Shown here in pieces: positions 39,171-52,778 of a DNA stretch of 64,000 nt. The stretch comes from Octopus vulgaris (lineage: Eukaryota). The translations under genes were made by a program, and so were the position numbers. Positions within the stretch are counted from its first letter, which is position 1, and every line of letters starts with the position of its first letter. The stretch is from positions 160,952,001 to 161,016,000 of the forward strand of contig OX597815.1 in the NCBI GenBank assembly GCA_951406725.2. Reading direction: 5' to 3'. The notes below the pieces were generated by a model, which saw nothing but the letters and a program-made list of their open reading frames with translations, ran no database searches and was not told the origin of the DNA.

Positions 39171-42100
39171 AACTTATATAATTTAGTTTTAAATACTTTT
39201 AAAAAGTTGGGATAATCACAAATAGATTGCCTTTAGTAGCAGGGCAAATGAAGATCAAAAGAATCTCAAGCCACACCATGTCCAGCATAAGAAATTAGAT
39301 ACAAAATGAATATTTTCATTTGACATCTACTTTTCAATGTTGGGAGGGTTAGTAATGAAACAATTCATATTTGACAAATACTTCATTGTTGGTTCTGACT
39401 TGAAGTTGATTTGAAATCACTATTAATAGTAAAGATAGGATATAGCAGCCAGGTGCACCTTCTGTCTGAAAACTTACTGTTGCTAGCTGTGTAGACTGGG
39501 ACAAAGTTAAGTAAAACACATGAGTGCACAACACACTTCCCAGATCAGGAACCAAATTTACAATCTTAAGAATGAGAGTCATATAAAACCTAACCACTGA
39601 GTCATATCTTTTGAAATCATTAAATATATTTGTAATATCAGGCTAGCATTATTACTTGAAATGTGATAATTTGTGGTGTAAATGCTTTTACTTATTTTAC
39701 ACTTCAGCATTTAGAAGGCCATATCCTACCCAAATATTCTGTTTTATGTTCAAACTGGCCAGATCCAACCTCTCACACCTACCCTACAATGTCAGTATAA
39801 AAATATACAATCAAGTCGTTGAAATCTTTAAGTTGTGAGATAATGCATGATTAAATGGAAACAATGTCAATATATATTACATTTGACAGATTAATTTGAT
39901 TGCTAAAGGCTTAATCCTTTTGATTTTATGTCTATTAATGAGTTTACACTACAGAAGATAGAACTATTTTGCCAAAATATAAATTATGAATATTATCATT
40001 AACAGAGAAATAAAGGTAGTAAGCTGGAAGAATCATAAGCAGAGGGACAGTTCCATGTGGGGATCAAAAGAGTTAAATTATAAGAATTTATGAATTTAAA
40101 ACCTGCTAAAGAGACATATGCTATATCTTTGTATTTATACATCAGTTTGAATAAAGCCAGAAAACACACATCATTCTACTATACATGAAATAACAGCTGA
40201 CTTTGAGATGTGCATTCAGGAATAAAAACCAATTATTTTAGCTCCAAGTTTTCAAATTAGTAAATCCCAAACAATGAAGATGAAAAAAAGAAAATAGATG
40301 TAAAAAAAAAATATGTAAAATCACATTTTAAGTCATATGATTATATTTAATTTGATGTTTGAATTAGTTTTATAATAAGTATTAAAGCCAGTAGTATTCT
40401 CAGATAAGATGGTATTAACTATGTATGATTTTAGCAATGAAATCTGCTGAAAACTGTCTTGAGATTAAAAATAAAACTATTTACCGATTACATGAGGTTT
40501 GTTGTTTTTTAAGTCTTCATAAATTAAGTATTGTAAGTAACCTTTCCTTGAGGAATAATTTAAAGACAAAGATATTAACATAAATGCAAGAAACCCTCAA
40601 ATTGCCACGTGATAAGTTTGTTTCTTTTCTTATCATTTCCTTTATAGTATCTCTTTGTTGCTTTTTATTATTGTTGTTAGTTGCTATTAATTCAGTAGAA
40701 GGAAATGTAGAAGCATTTCATAAGTTGTTTTATGTAGTTCTCTCATTTTACAGCTTTATGATGAAATAATTGCTGTTTATTTTACAGTGTATAGCTTAAA
40801 TCCATAAACTTACCTTGCTATTCATTAGGAAAGGCACAAGCATAGCTGTGTGGTTAAGAAGTTTGCTTTGCAACTGTATGATTTCAGGTTCAATCTCAAA
40901 ATGTGATACCTTGGGCAAGTGTCTTCTACTATATCCCTAAGATGACCAATGCCTTGTAAGTGAATTTGGTTCATGGAACTATGTGGAAGGACATTGTGTG
41001 TGTGCGTGAGTGTGTGTGTGTGCATGCGCGCGTGTCTGTATATTAAATCACCATCGTTTGACATCGATGTGTATTACATCGTGTGTATTAAATCGCTATC
41101 ATCATTGTTTGACGTCTGTTTTCCATGCTGGCATGGGTTGGACGGTTTGACATGGAGCTGGGAAGCTGTCCAGACTCTAACTGTCTGTTATGGCATGGTT
41201 TCTACAGCTGGGTGCCCTTCTTAATGCCAACCACTTAACAGTGTGCTGGGTGCTTTTTACATGCCACCAGCATGGATGTGTTTATGCAGAACCAGCACTG
41301 ATGCTTTTTATGTGGTACCAGCACCTGAAAGAACAAGCCTGTATGTATAGAAGATAGTGATTTTGCTTAGCTTGACATATCTTATCAAGTAAAGCAAATC
41401 ATCACATCTCCCAGGCCCTTGTCATTTCCTCAGTGAGGCCCAGCATCCGAAGATTCTTCCTCATCACTTCGTCCCATATCTTCCTAGTCTACCCCTTCTT
41501 GGGTCTACCCTCTCCAGGTTCCCTCCACAATTAGAGCTTAGCACTTCTTTACACAGCTGTCCTCATCCATACACATAATTCATTTTTGGAATAGTGTATC
41601 TCAAAGCACACATATGAAGCTATAAACAATAAAAGAAAAGAAAAGCTTTTGAGATTTTATAAATAAGGCAAATAAACAAATGATGGTTATCATTGGGTTT
41701 TTTTATATCTTTAGCCAACCTTGTTCAAGCACTCCAATCACGTAGGTAACCAGTCATGCATCTGGATGAAATTTGCTGACTCATCAGTATGGATCTACTA
41801 TGAAGCCAACTTGTTGAAGGCCACATGGGAATTCTTGCATGCAGTGGTTTATCATATAAGGTGATTTTCTCTACTGTTCAGTTGCCAATCATTATAATTT
41901 TCTACCCTGTTATATTGATCATTATCTTTTGTTTTTTTTTTAAAAAAAGAATGACAGATAATGAGATGGATAAAAGAGCAAAAAATAATGATGGTAAGGC
42001 GCTGCATAATGATAGTGGTGATAGAGTCTTATGCTTCATGATATCTACCACAAATGATTGGAAAAGTGATGCTGAAGTTTTGAAATGTAGCCAAGAATTT

Positions 42101-42884
42101 TACAGTTTTTGATAATATGCTCCTAATCTTACTAAATAGTTTAAGAAGAAAGCAGAGTGTTCACAAGCTTGTTCAATAATTTCTTAGTGAAGTAAAAACA
42201 TTATAGGAAAATAGAATCTTTTAAAGTATTCATCTGAAAAGAAGTTCTTGGCAATCAACTGAATAATAATTTCCTAAATGCTTGCAGTAAGGGAAATCAG
42301 GTACAGAAACTCAAAAGTAACGGTCATTCCATTCTGCTAAAATTTTTAACCCTCTTTATAGTAAATCAATATCTCACAGACAAAGAATAATGCAATTATC
42401 TTTAGTCTGGCATGAAATGAGTATGTTTTTAAATCTATTTACATGCTTTGTGTCTTGCAAGAAAAATACCATTAATATGATGTGGCAAATTTTCTTGTTG
42501 TTGTTATTTTCTTTTGTTTTTTTAACTATTTCTTTAATATTTGAGATGACCATAATTCAAAAGGAAAATTCTATCAGTTCTAGTAGGATAGAGGAAATTT
42601 TGAAATAATTTATTTTATAGACTATAATTTGCATCATTTTATATCATGAAACAACGTAATAAAGGTTGACTTAGTTTTGTTACTTTTGTTAAGCAAATCT
42701 ATAATGTAGATGATAATCAGTAACAGACTAACTGCGAATCGCATGTCCATTGTGTAAATATACCATGTCTTTGTCTCACAGAGACTGAGACAGTGCACTT
42801 TGATATGCAGAATCAAAGTTGCACAATACTTTGGTGCATGAGATAGATAACAATGTGATAGCTCAGGCATCTGATTGTTTTACA

Positions 42885-42902
42885 TGTGTATGTATGTATG
42901 TA

Positions 42903-42935
<33 letters not shown>

Positions 42936-43058
42936 GTATGTATGTATGTATGTATATGTACGTATGTATGTAAGTATATGTATGTATGTGTATATATATA
43001 TATGTGTATATATATATCTGTGTGTATATATATATATATGTAAGTATATATATGTATA

Positions 43059-43089
<31 letters not shown>

Positions 43090-43128
43090 GTAAGTATATA
43101 TATATGTATATGTGTGTGTGTATATGTA

Positions 43129-43160
<32 letters not shown>
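42885..43160. repeat. Compound (TA)n/(TG)n/(TATG)n microsatellite
   Basis: Directly visible; source of the overlapping Y/I/C/V ORFs. Confidence 0.95.
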
Positions 43161-43161
<1 letters not shown>

Positions 43162-44047
43162 TCTATCATCATCATCACCATTTAATGTCTTCTTTCTATG
43201 CTGTCATGGGTTGGACAGTTTTGTCAGGAGCTGGCTTGGCAGAAGATTGCACCATGCTTTCCAGTCTGTTTTGGTATGGTTTTTATGGCTGGATGCCCTT
43301 TCTAACACCAACCTCTCTGCAAGATGAACTGAGCGCTTTTTACATAACACCAGCACAGGCAAGATCAATTTTGGCATGGTTTTTTATGTAGCAGGATGCC
43401 CTTTCAAATGCCACTCACTTTACAGTGTACACTTGATGCGTTTTACATGGCACTAGCACTGGCAGAGTCTTTTGAGAGGGGAGGGGGTACTGGAGGAGGT
43501 GATCTTGTGTCAGATGATGAAATGTTAGAGTGTGACAGAGAGATAGAAATAGGTATTTCGCTGTAGAGGAGGTACATGGTTACCCAGCCAGAGAGAGGAT
43601 ACATGTATACGTATGTGTGAGCATATATCTATGTGTGTGTTGTCTGTTCTACCCTGTTTTCATTTGCTAATAGATTATAGAGGCAAGTGAGGTAAACATA
43701 GACTATTATTGGTATACATGGTGATGGTTAATTCTAGTTTACTATGTTCAGATATGTATGTCATGCAATTAAGGAGTCACCTAGTAATTAAACACTGATA
43801 ATTGGTTTGGTCTTATTCTAGTTATGCTCCACTTAATTTGCTACTTTAATCAAAAGGTAGGTATCTTACATATGTATATATTAGCAGGCATGGCTGTGTG
43901 GTAAGAAGCTTGCTTCCCAACTTCATGGTTCTGTGCTCAGTCCCACTACCTGGCAATTTGAGTAAGCATCTTCTACTATAGCCTCAGGCCAATCAAAGCC
44001 TTGTCAGTGGATTTGTAGACAGAAACTGAAAGAAGCCCTCCGTGTAA

Positions 44048-44091
<44 letters not shown>

Positions 44092-47000
44092 GTGTGTGTG
44101 TCTTTGTGTCTGTGTTTGTATTCCCATCATCACTTGACAATTGATGCTGATGCGTTTCCATCCCTGTAACTTAGCAGTTCATCAAAAAGACCGAAAAAAT
44201 AAATACTAGGCTTACAAAGAATAAGTTCTGGGGTTGATTTCTTCAACTGAAAATCACCTTCAAGGTGGTGCCCCAGCATGGTCGCAGTCAAATGATTGAA
44301 ACAAATAAAAAAATGTACAAAGCCTCAACTTTGGAAGAAAAACATGTCCAGTTATATCAGCTTCAAATACTTGACTAGTAATTATTTTATCAATCCCTGC
44401 AAGGATGAAAGGCAAAGTTGGTTTCAGTAGGATTTGAACACAAAGCATATAGAATCATAACTAAAGGCAGTGAGCTGGCAGAAATGTTAGTGCACCAGAC
44501 GAAATGCATAGTGGTATTTTGTCTGCTGCTACGTTCTGAATTCAAATTCCGTCAAGGTCAACTTTGCCTTTTATCCTTTCAGGATCCATTAAATAAGTAC
44601 CAGTTATGCACTGGGGTCGATATAATCGACTTAATCCATTTGTCTGTCCTTGTTTGTCCCCTCTGTGTGTAGCCCCTTGTGGGCAGTAAAGAAATAAGAA
44701 TCATAACTAAATACCAAACTGCATTTTGCTCAATCCCCTAAGGATTTAGCTAATCTATCGCCCTTATTTCAGTCAAAATATTAAAAGGCCAGATCAATAT
44801 AGTTAGCAATGAACAATGAAGGCAACAATACTTCAGAAAAAGGGAAAAATAAATTTGTTCAATTAAATTTATAGATGAGTAACCTGGGACTGGGCAGCAA
44901 ATATGTTCACATTTAAAAATGCTGGTGTTGACATAAAAAGAAACGGGGGAAAAAGAGAAAAATATGAGAACTTGGGCTTTTTGCATTTTTATCCCACTCT
45001 AAATGTTTATTTCCTCACTGATGCTTTGTTTGAACATGAAAGAAGAAAAATATCAATATGTTGATTTTAACAAGCTTTGTTCATGAAAGGACAATTTAAA
45101 ACAATATGAACTTAATAATCCCCTGAACCATCAACATGCTTAGAAATACACTGCATTATAGGGAGTATAGTTTGGGGCTATTTTATTAAAATCAATCCAT
45201 ACATCTATGACAATCAAGAATAGTGATAGTAAAACATTTTACCCCAGCATGTCGAAATTTTTATCTATTTAATAATCCTTTTATTAGAGTGTTGCATGTG
45301 TATGCATATATTTTAGTTTAGATTAATGCTTATAGACAAGCTTGATATAACAAGATCCTGTAAGGAAAATACTTTTTTCAAAATCCATCACATGTCACCT
45401 ATAAACATACTGTGTGTTGTAACTACTTACATGTATGTCATAGGTATCACATAACTGGTATAGAAGTTCCTTCTGATGGTTGATTTGGGTTTGGTATGGT
45501 TTAGTGTGTTTGATTAATATAGGGCAGGGGGTTTCAACCTTTATTTATCTATGAACTCCTTAGATTACTAATCTACTTTGGTGGATCCCCATAGTCATAC
45601 AATATTTAAAAACTACTGTTATAGAAATGTCTTTCAAAATTCCTATTTTGTTTTTTACCTATTAACTTGTGTAGGTTGGATTATGTAAAATGTCAGGGGG
45701 AAAAAAACCTTGTTGTTTCTGCAATACATACCAATACATACCTCTAAAACCAAATTTTTTCAGGGCCCCTTAAAATACCATTGTGGATCCTCAATTTACT
45801 ATTTTGTTGTATGGACCCCACCAAAATTTAATAAGGAACCTCTGGTGATATATGGGCTCCTTTGGTCAAAGCTGATCATGTATGTACAGGCCAGAGCAAG
45901 AGTTTTTTTTTTTTAAGGTGACTGGAAGTTATCCAAACCTGTAAGTCTCCCCTCTATATACCACAGATGCTTATTTAAGAAGAAAAAAAAAACCAATACA
46001 GCTTGGCATCAGTGTTTCGTTGCAGGTGTTTCTGTCAGAACAAAAATACCAGGAAGAGATCCTGCAAAGCATCTTGCCTAACACTCTAACATTCTGCCAA
46101 TTCACCATCCTGAATTAGAACTTTTTTATCAACCTTAAATGAATGAAAGGAAAAAAAACTGACTCAGGTAAATTTTGAACTCAGAGTGAAGAAAGTTAAA
46201 ACAAATATCATACATACCATCCAACATGCTAACAACTCAGCTTATCCACCATCTTTAAATATTTGATATGTTAATAGACACAGGCCTGACTATATGGTAA
46301 GAAGTTTGCTTCCCAATCACATGGTTCTGGGTTCAGTTCCACTATGTGACACTTCTTGTTACTATTTTCTACTATAGCCTTGGGCTGACCAAAGCCTCCT
46401 GAGTGGATTCGGTACTGAAAATGAGAGAAGCCTGTTGAATATATACATGTATATTTTTGAGTGCGTATCTGTTTAGCCCCCCACCACCACTCAACAAACG
46501 GAGTTTCTGTGATTTTTAAAATTTATTTATGCACCCTTTTCAAGCCTGGCTATGCTCAGGGGCCCAGTTTCCTGGTTTCTATGGCATATGTTTTCCCCCC
46601 AACTGGACGGGATGCCAGTCCATCGCAGTGTTACTCAAGAAACAGGAAGTAAGACTGAGAGAAAGTTGGGGCGAAAGAGTACAACAGGGGTCGCTACCAC
46701 CCCCTGCCAGAGCCTCATGGAGCTGTAGGTGTTTTCACTCAATAAACACACACAACGCCCGGTCTAGGAATCGAAACCGCAATCCTCCGACCACGAGTCC
46801 GCTACTCTAACCACTGGGCCATTGCACCTCCACAACTTACATCCCCATAACTTAGTGGTTTGGTGAAATAGACTGTCAGAATAAGTACCAGGCTTAAAAA
46901 AAAAAAGTACTTGGGGTTGAGTCATTCAACTAAAAATTCTTCAAGGTGGTACCCCCAGCAGTCTAATGACTGAGAGAAAAATTAGATAGAAGAGAAAAGA

Positions 47001-47637
47001 GATATCAACACAAAAATGTTCAATGTTCCTACTGCAGTCCTTGATACAAACTTTAACCTCATGCACAGTTAGGTATCTAGATGCCATTTCATAAACAATG
47101 ATTTTTCATTCACATGTTCTTTAATGCGTTTATATAAGCAGAATGACAATGATGCCTGTATAACAACAGGTTGATAGTGCTGCCTATGTAACATTTGTTA
47201 CATTACATACATTCAACTGAATATATCAAATAAGCTCTGAATCTTTTGTCTCAATATTTTTAATTATACAATAGGCCAGTGCACATATTCCGCCTGAATT
47301 GGATATTTGGAAATCTGTTTATTCAAAAGATAATTGCTTTAGGAAGGTTTGAAATGAGCATGTTGTATGTGTAGCTTTTCCTTTTGTATTAGTTGATCTA
47401 ATTGCATTAGATGTATGTTTGTTTCGGTGTAGCAGTAATTCTGCAAAATCTTTTTCATTCACATTATTCTATCAATCATAGTATTATAAAAGGCTATGGA
47501 TTTTCATTGATTCATAAAGCATTAGAGGATCTCTTAATGTTTATGAGCTGATTTAATTGTCACACTCTACCATTCACCTAATAAAGTCACATGTCTTTAT
47601 TATGTCATAATTGAGTCAGTATTGTTTAGAGTCAATG

Positions 47638-47673
<36 letters not shown>

Positions 47674-49012
47674 AGAAATTAAATATAAATTACAAAATGG
47701 GACAAGAACGCAAAAAGCACACAAAGAGACAACACAAAAAACAGACGGATCATTCGAAGCTTCTAATATTCAGCCAGGAACGGGATCATCTTAGCAATTT
47801 GGGCTGATTAATCCTGATATCGCTCCGATACGGCCAACCCCAAAGAAAGACTAAGCTACGGGCATTAGATTTCTTGGAAAGAGGATCGAATGTATATACG
47901 AAACAAGGACAGGATGCCACACGAATATAAATACAAGAAACAAAAAATAGAAATAAAAAACAAGAATAGTAATAACAGGACAAAACAGCGGGTGTCTTAC
48001 GACTTCAGACAATTTTTAACTTATCTTGTCTGGCGTATTTGAAAAATGCCTTTGCGGCAAACGAAGACAACAGTGTTATTGTTTAGTTTTCAATTAAGTT
48101 TTGTTAAATCTCGAAAATATTTTTCTTCTTTTCCACATTAAATAGGGTGTTTGTTTTCACATTCTTCTATCTACCTTTCACTTGTTTCAGTCATTAGACT
48201 GTGACCATGCTGGGGCATCGCCCCGATGGGTTTAGTCAAACAAATCAAACCCAACTTATTTTTTTTCTAAGTCTGGTAGTTAATCTGTTGGCCACTTTTT
48301 ACCAAGCCACTAAGTTATAGGGACATAAACAAACCAACACTAATTGTCAAGTGGTGATAGGGGAGGCAAACACAAAGACATAGATACATACACACACACA
48401 CACACACAATGGCTTTCATTTTCAAGGCTTTGATCAGCCCAGGGCTGCAATAGAAGACACTTGTCCAAGTGCTATGCAGTAGGATTGAACCCGGAACCAT
48501 GTGGTTGAGAAGCAAACTTCTTACCACACAGCCATGCAAATACTGACCCATATTGTTATCACAATTAGTCCAGTATCCTCTATCCTAACACTAAACTACA
48601 CTCACATAATCTGAAGTAATGTAATTACCATACCTGAAACATTGAAAATAAGGTTCTGTCTACCATCATCTCATCACCATCTGGTCTCACAGCTTCATAA
48701 CAGTATCTTTTCAGCATATTTAGATAATCCACCTTTTCATAATGCCAACTAATACATCAGACTTGAAGAAATGCCATAAACAAGCACATTCATAATCTTG
48801 GCTACTAGATAACAACCCAGCTGAATGAGATTATGTATTTCATAATCATTGTTATGATCTCAATTGCTGTAACTTTTCAACTAATTATCATGTAGACCAA
48901 TGAGGAAGCCCTCATGTGCACACTGAACTTGCAATGAATTAGAAGACAAATTTCTCTCATCAAATCCCTACCTTTTTAAAAGCTGAAAGGACATATAAGA
49001 TAATATTTATCC

Positions 49013-49310
49013 CTATTTCCGAACGAGGCAGATGCCAGCACCACCTGACTGGCGTCCGTGTCGGTGACACATAAAAGCACCAACCAATCGTAGCCGTTTG
49101 CCAGCCCTCTCTGGCCCTCGTGCTGGTGGCACATAAAAAACACCCACTACACTCATGGAGTGGCTGGCGTTAGGAAGGGCATCCAGCTGTAGAAACACTG
49201 CCAGATCAGACTGGAGCCTGGTACATCCTCCTGGCTTCCCAGACCCTGGTCGAACCGTCCAACCCATGCTAGCATGGGAAACGGACGTTAAACGAAGATG
49301 AGGATGATGA
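49013..49310 (+). mobile_element. SINE-like repeat, family E, with (GAT)n tail
   Basis: ggcgttaggaagggcatccagctgtagaaac..ccaacccatgctagcatgg.aa.cggacgttaaacg(atg)n; copies at 2545-2710, 36650-36980(-), 41098-41575(-), 43165-43590(-), 50800-50960(-), 52603-53180(-). Confidence 0.8.
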
Positions 49311-49447
49311 TTTAGACATGGATGAAGGACAAATTATTCTGTGGTAGATTCCATGGGAGAAAATCTCATATTCACTTTTGGTGCAAAGTGCCCTTTAGTT
49401 TATATTACTAGTGGGGAGATAAATCCCCACCAAATCCAGTGTTGGGA

Positions 49448-49494
49448 CCACCAGATCCGGGGATTTCGACTTTCTTTGATCTAGTCAGTAATGG
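49448..49494 (-). ncRNA. Minimal type-I hammerhead-like motif with G8 core variant (repeat copy 2)
   Basis: Minus strand: CCATTA-CTGACTA-GAT(caaagaaa)GTC-GAAA-TCC(cc)GGA-TC-TGGTGG; stems I, II and III all pair; cleavage triplet AUC. Confidence 0.6.
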
Positions 49495-50432
49495 ATGCTC
49501 AGCTACTACAGATAGCATTGATTCATCTCCCCTGAAGTAATGTACAGATTTGCTGATTATTCAAACAATTGAAATATGACAGTAGCATGACAACATATAA
49601 ACAAAGATATCAGTAGAATTCACAATAAATTTTATTCTATTCTTGATATTGAGACCTCCCATCAGTAAATGTTATGTTGTTGTTCTTTAAAGGTTAAAAA
49701 AGGGTAAAGATCCCCTTTAGTCATGAATGACCATGAGATTGCACCTAGAAAGTTCTCCTCTGAGGCACAAGTCTGTGCAAGATTGTTTATGGAAGAGCAG
49801 CAGTCACCCATGCATACCATCCTTCCCTCTTTATGCCACTGATGTTATCCAAGGGCAAGGCAAAGACCGATACAGCTTGGAACCAGTGATGCCACCACAC
49901 ATTTCTACAGCTGAATAAACTGGAGCAATGTGAAATAAAGTGTCTTATTCAAGAACATAACACACAACCTGGTTCAGGAATTGAACCCACTATCTAATAA
50001 TTGTGAGCCTGATGCTCTAACCACTAAACTATGTACCTTCACTTATTCTTAATCTAGTTTTAAGATAAATCAAAATTTAACATATATTCACCATCATCAT
50101 CCTCATTTTAATGTTCCATACTTGCATGGATCAGATGACATCTATTGAAGCAATTCTCTGTGGTTAGATGCCTTCATCTGTTTTCAAACAAGGTTTTATT
50201 TCCTTTACTTCATCTCAAACATGAACAGCACAAGAAACCAATCATGATTCTCTGGATGATTGCAAATGAATAACACTAACTCTATCGAGGTGAGGTTTGC
50301 TGATAGTTTAGTTATCATGTGATGACATGGATACACATATCCATGCACATGTAACTATAATTCTGTGTGTGTGTGTGTTTGGAAAGTTGCATTATGGAAC
50401 AGTCATTTTAACAAGTTTTTTTTTTTTCATTT

Positions 50433-50539
50433 ATCACTCAACGAGATACGTCTGCACCACTGGATGATACTCCTGAACCAGTTTTTGTGTGTCCCGCAAG
50501 AGGAGTTGATAATAGATGTGTTGAAACAACTGTTGTGAT
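50433..50539 (+). ncRNA. Decayed hammerhead-like motif with long extended stem II
   Basis: ATCAC-TCAACGA-GATACGTCT..(60 nt incl. ACTCCT/AGGAGT)..AGATGTGTT-GAAA-CAACTG-TT-GTGAT. Confidence 0.4.
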
Positions 50540-50580
50540 TAATAATATATTCTCGTATATTCCTTCTTCTGTCTTTCATT

Positions 50581-50617
<37 letters not shown>

Positions 50618-50665
50618 TATATTTCTTTTTCTCTCCTTGTTTCTCTCCTTGTTTTTTTCTGCGTA

Positions 50666-50703
50666 TCTTTCTGTAGAAGAGCGTAGGCTCGAAACATAAA
50701 AGA
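50666..50703 (+). ncRNA. Minimal type-I hammerhead-like motif (A6 mutated)
   Basis: TCTTT-CTGTAGA-A-GAGC(gtag)GCTC-GAAA-CA-TA-AAAGA; lies between (TA)n tracts. Confidence 0.6.
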
Positions 50704-50959
50704 CTTTTTCTATTCCTGAGCACTATACTAATACATCTGTTTGTTTGTACACCACCTGCCTTTTGTTTATTTTCGTAAACTTTCCCATTATATATATATA
50801 TCATCATCATCATCATCATCATCGTTTAGCGTCCGCTTTCCATGCTAGCATGGGTTGGACGGGTCAACTGGGGTCTGTGAAGCTGGAAGGCTTCGTCAGG
50901 CCCAGTCAGATCTGGCAGTGTTTCTACGGCTGGATGCCCTTCCTAACGCCAACCACTCC

Positions 50960-51000
<41 letters not shown>

Positions 51001-51100
51001 AGTGTAAGCACATAAATGCAAAACAGGGTGGAAAAAATAGTACTCAAATACTGGAGGTAGAGTAATATGTTTTATTAAAAAGCAGCAAAAATACCACCAA

Positions 51101-51142
51101 AACTGTTACTCAAAGTTTCACGTTTGCATTCACCGGACATTT
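51101..51142 (-). ncRNA. Decayed minimal hammerhead-like motif in a pLTR-like end
   Basis: Minus strand: AAATGT-CCGGTGA-ATG(caaa)CGT-GAAA-CT(ttg)AG-TA-ACAGTT, then AATAAA at 51072-51077 and a (TA)n tract ending at about 50998. Confidence 0.5.
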
Positions 51143-51511
51143 TTGTTTCGAATGGAACAAAATAAGGTTATATTCATAAATATACTATTAGTTTGATAGA
51201 TACACATTTGAAAATGGTTTTGTTTTATTGGTCCTTTCAACTAACAGTCTTTTCAATAACTGGTTCCGTGAAATTACTATTGCAGTTTAAAAATTATATT
51301 ATTATAAAAATCAAAGAAAACCCTTAAATCAAAAATAGCTTGGATAGAAGGAAAAAAGACTTGAATACCCAGGATAAATAATTAGTGGTAAAAAAATAAT
51401 AATAAATTCAAATAAATTAAAAGATATATCTGTTTAAAAAAAACACTTTCATGCTAAAATACGTATACATTTAGCAATACATATACATACCAAACAACCT
51501 ATATATACATA

Positions 51512-51686
51512 CAGGGGTTGCACAAAATAATGTAAATACCTTAAAATTTTGAACAAATTTATTTCAATATGGCATAAGATTGCCTTTGGCAGTAATTACT
51601 GCTTGAATTCTGAGGTATGAACTCATATGAAGTTTGAATTGTTTCCAAAGGATTTTTTGTCCATTCTTCAGCTAAAACAGTCTACT
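51512..51686 (-). mobile_element. Tc1-like transposon 3' end (TIR plus transposase C-terminus)
   Basis: TA-CAGGGGTTG..CAAAATAATG terminus; minus strand reads approximately TVLAEEWTK(I)PLETIQT..RIQAVITAKGN, with frameshifts. Confidence 0.75.
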
Positions 51687-52199
51687 ATACTAGTCAAATT
51701 AATGATTGTGATAATTAATGACATTTATATAAATAATACTAATAAATATAATTATTATAATAATAACAATAACATTATTGAGGATATGAACTCAAAATAA
51801 GTGAAGTACCCCTAAGGGAATAATGTACTCCATACAGTAAAATGTAAGCAAAACTGCTATAATTAATTGTAATATAAACATTTTATGAACCACGCTTCAA
51901 CTGTGATACCTGTAGAGAAGATTGTAAAACCAAAATTCAATTCAATTTAAAAAGTAATGCTATCACCTTCAACTGAAAACCAATGCAGGAAGCTTGTTTG
52001 GATTAGTTCACTTTGAAAATGTCGTAAGTGATGAACCCTTGAGGAAATTACCATGACTAGGATGCATAATTGCATATAGAGCAATGTGTAGTTGCTGCAG
52101 TAGCAACATATGTTGGCCATTGCTATATATACTGTAGAAAACTTTTTAATAAAAATGTTTTGGATGTGAATATATCTCCACTCTCCTCTTGATTTTCAA

Positions 52200-52257
52200 T
52201 TATATATATATATAACTTAATGTGCGTGTGTGTATATATATATATATATACACACAC

Positions 52258-52288
<31 letters not shown>

Positions 52289-52315
52289 CACACACACATA
52301 TATATATATATATAT

Positions 52316-52348
<33 letters not shown>

Positions 52349-52395
52349 CACACATACATATATATATATATACACACACATATATATATATATAC

Positions 52396-52426
<31 letters not shown>

Positions 52427-52451
52427 CACACATATATATATATATATATAT

Positions 52452-52490
<39 letters not shown>

Positions 52491-52515
52491 TATATATATA
52501 CATATATATATATAA
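52200..52515. repeat. About 300-bp alternating (TA)n(CA)n compound microsatellite
   Basis: Directly visible. Confidence 0.95.
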
Positions 52516-52778
52516 CTTATAAAATAAGGGCAAAAGAAAAATTCTAATGCCAAATATGCCGAAAAAAAAGACAAAATTGTCAATAACCATTATAATTTAC
52601 ATATCATCATCATCATCATCATCATCGTTTAACGTCCGCTTTCCATGCTAGCATGGGTTGGACGGTTCAACTGGGGTCTGGGAAGCCCGAAGGCTGCACC
52701 AGGCCAGTCAGATGTGGCAGTGTTTCTACAGCTGGATGCCCTTCCTAACGCCAACCACTCCGAGAGTGTAGTGGGTGA

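Noticed and set aside
47690-48060. CpG-retaining block next to (TA)n, possibly a PLE end with a hammerhead on the minus strand
   Set aside because: Probably a repeat, but no convincing HHR fold could be built from this copy
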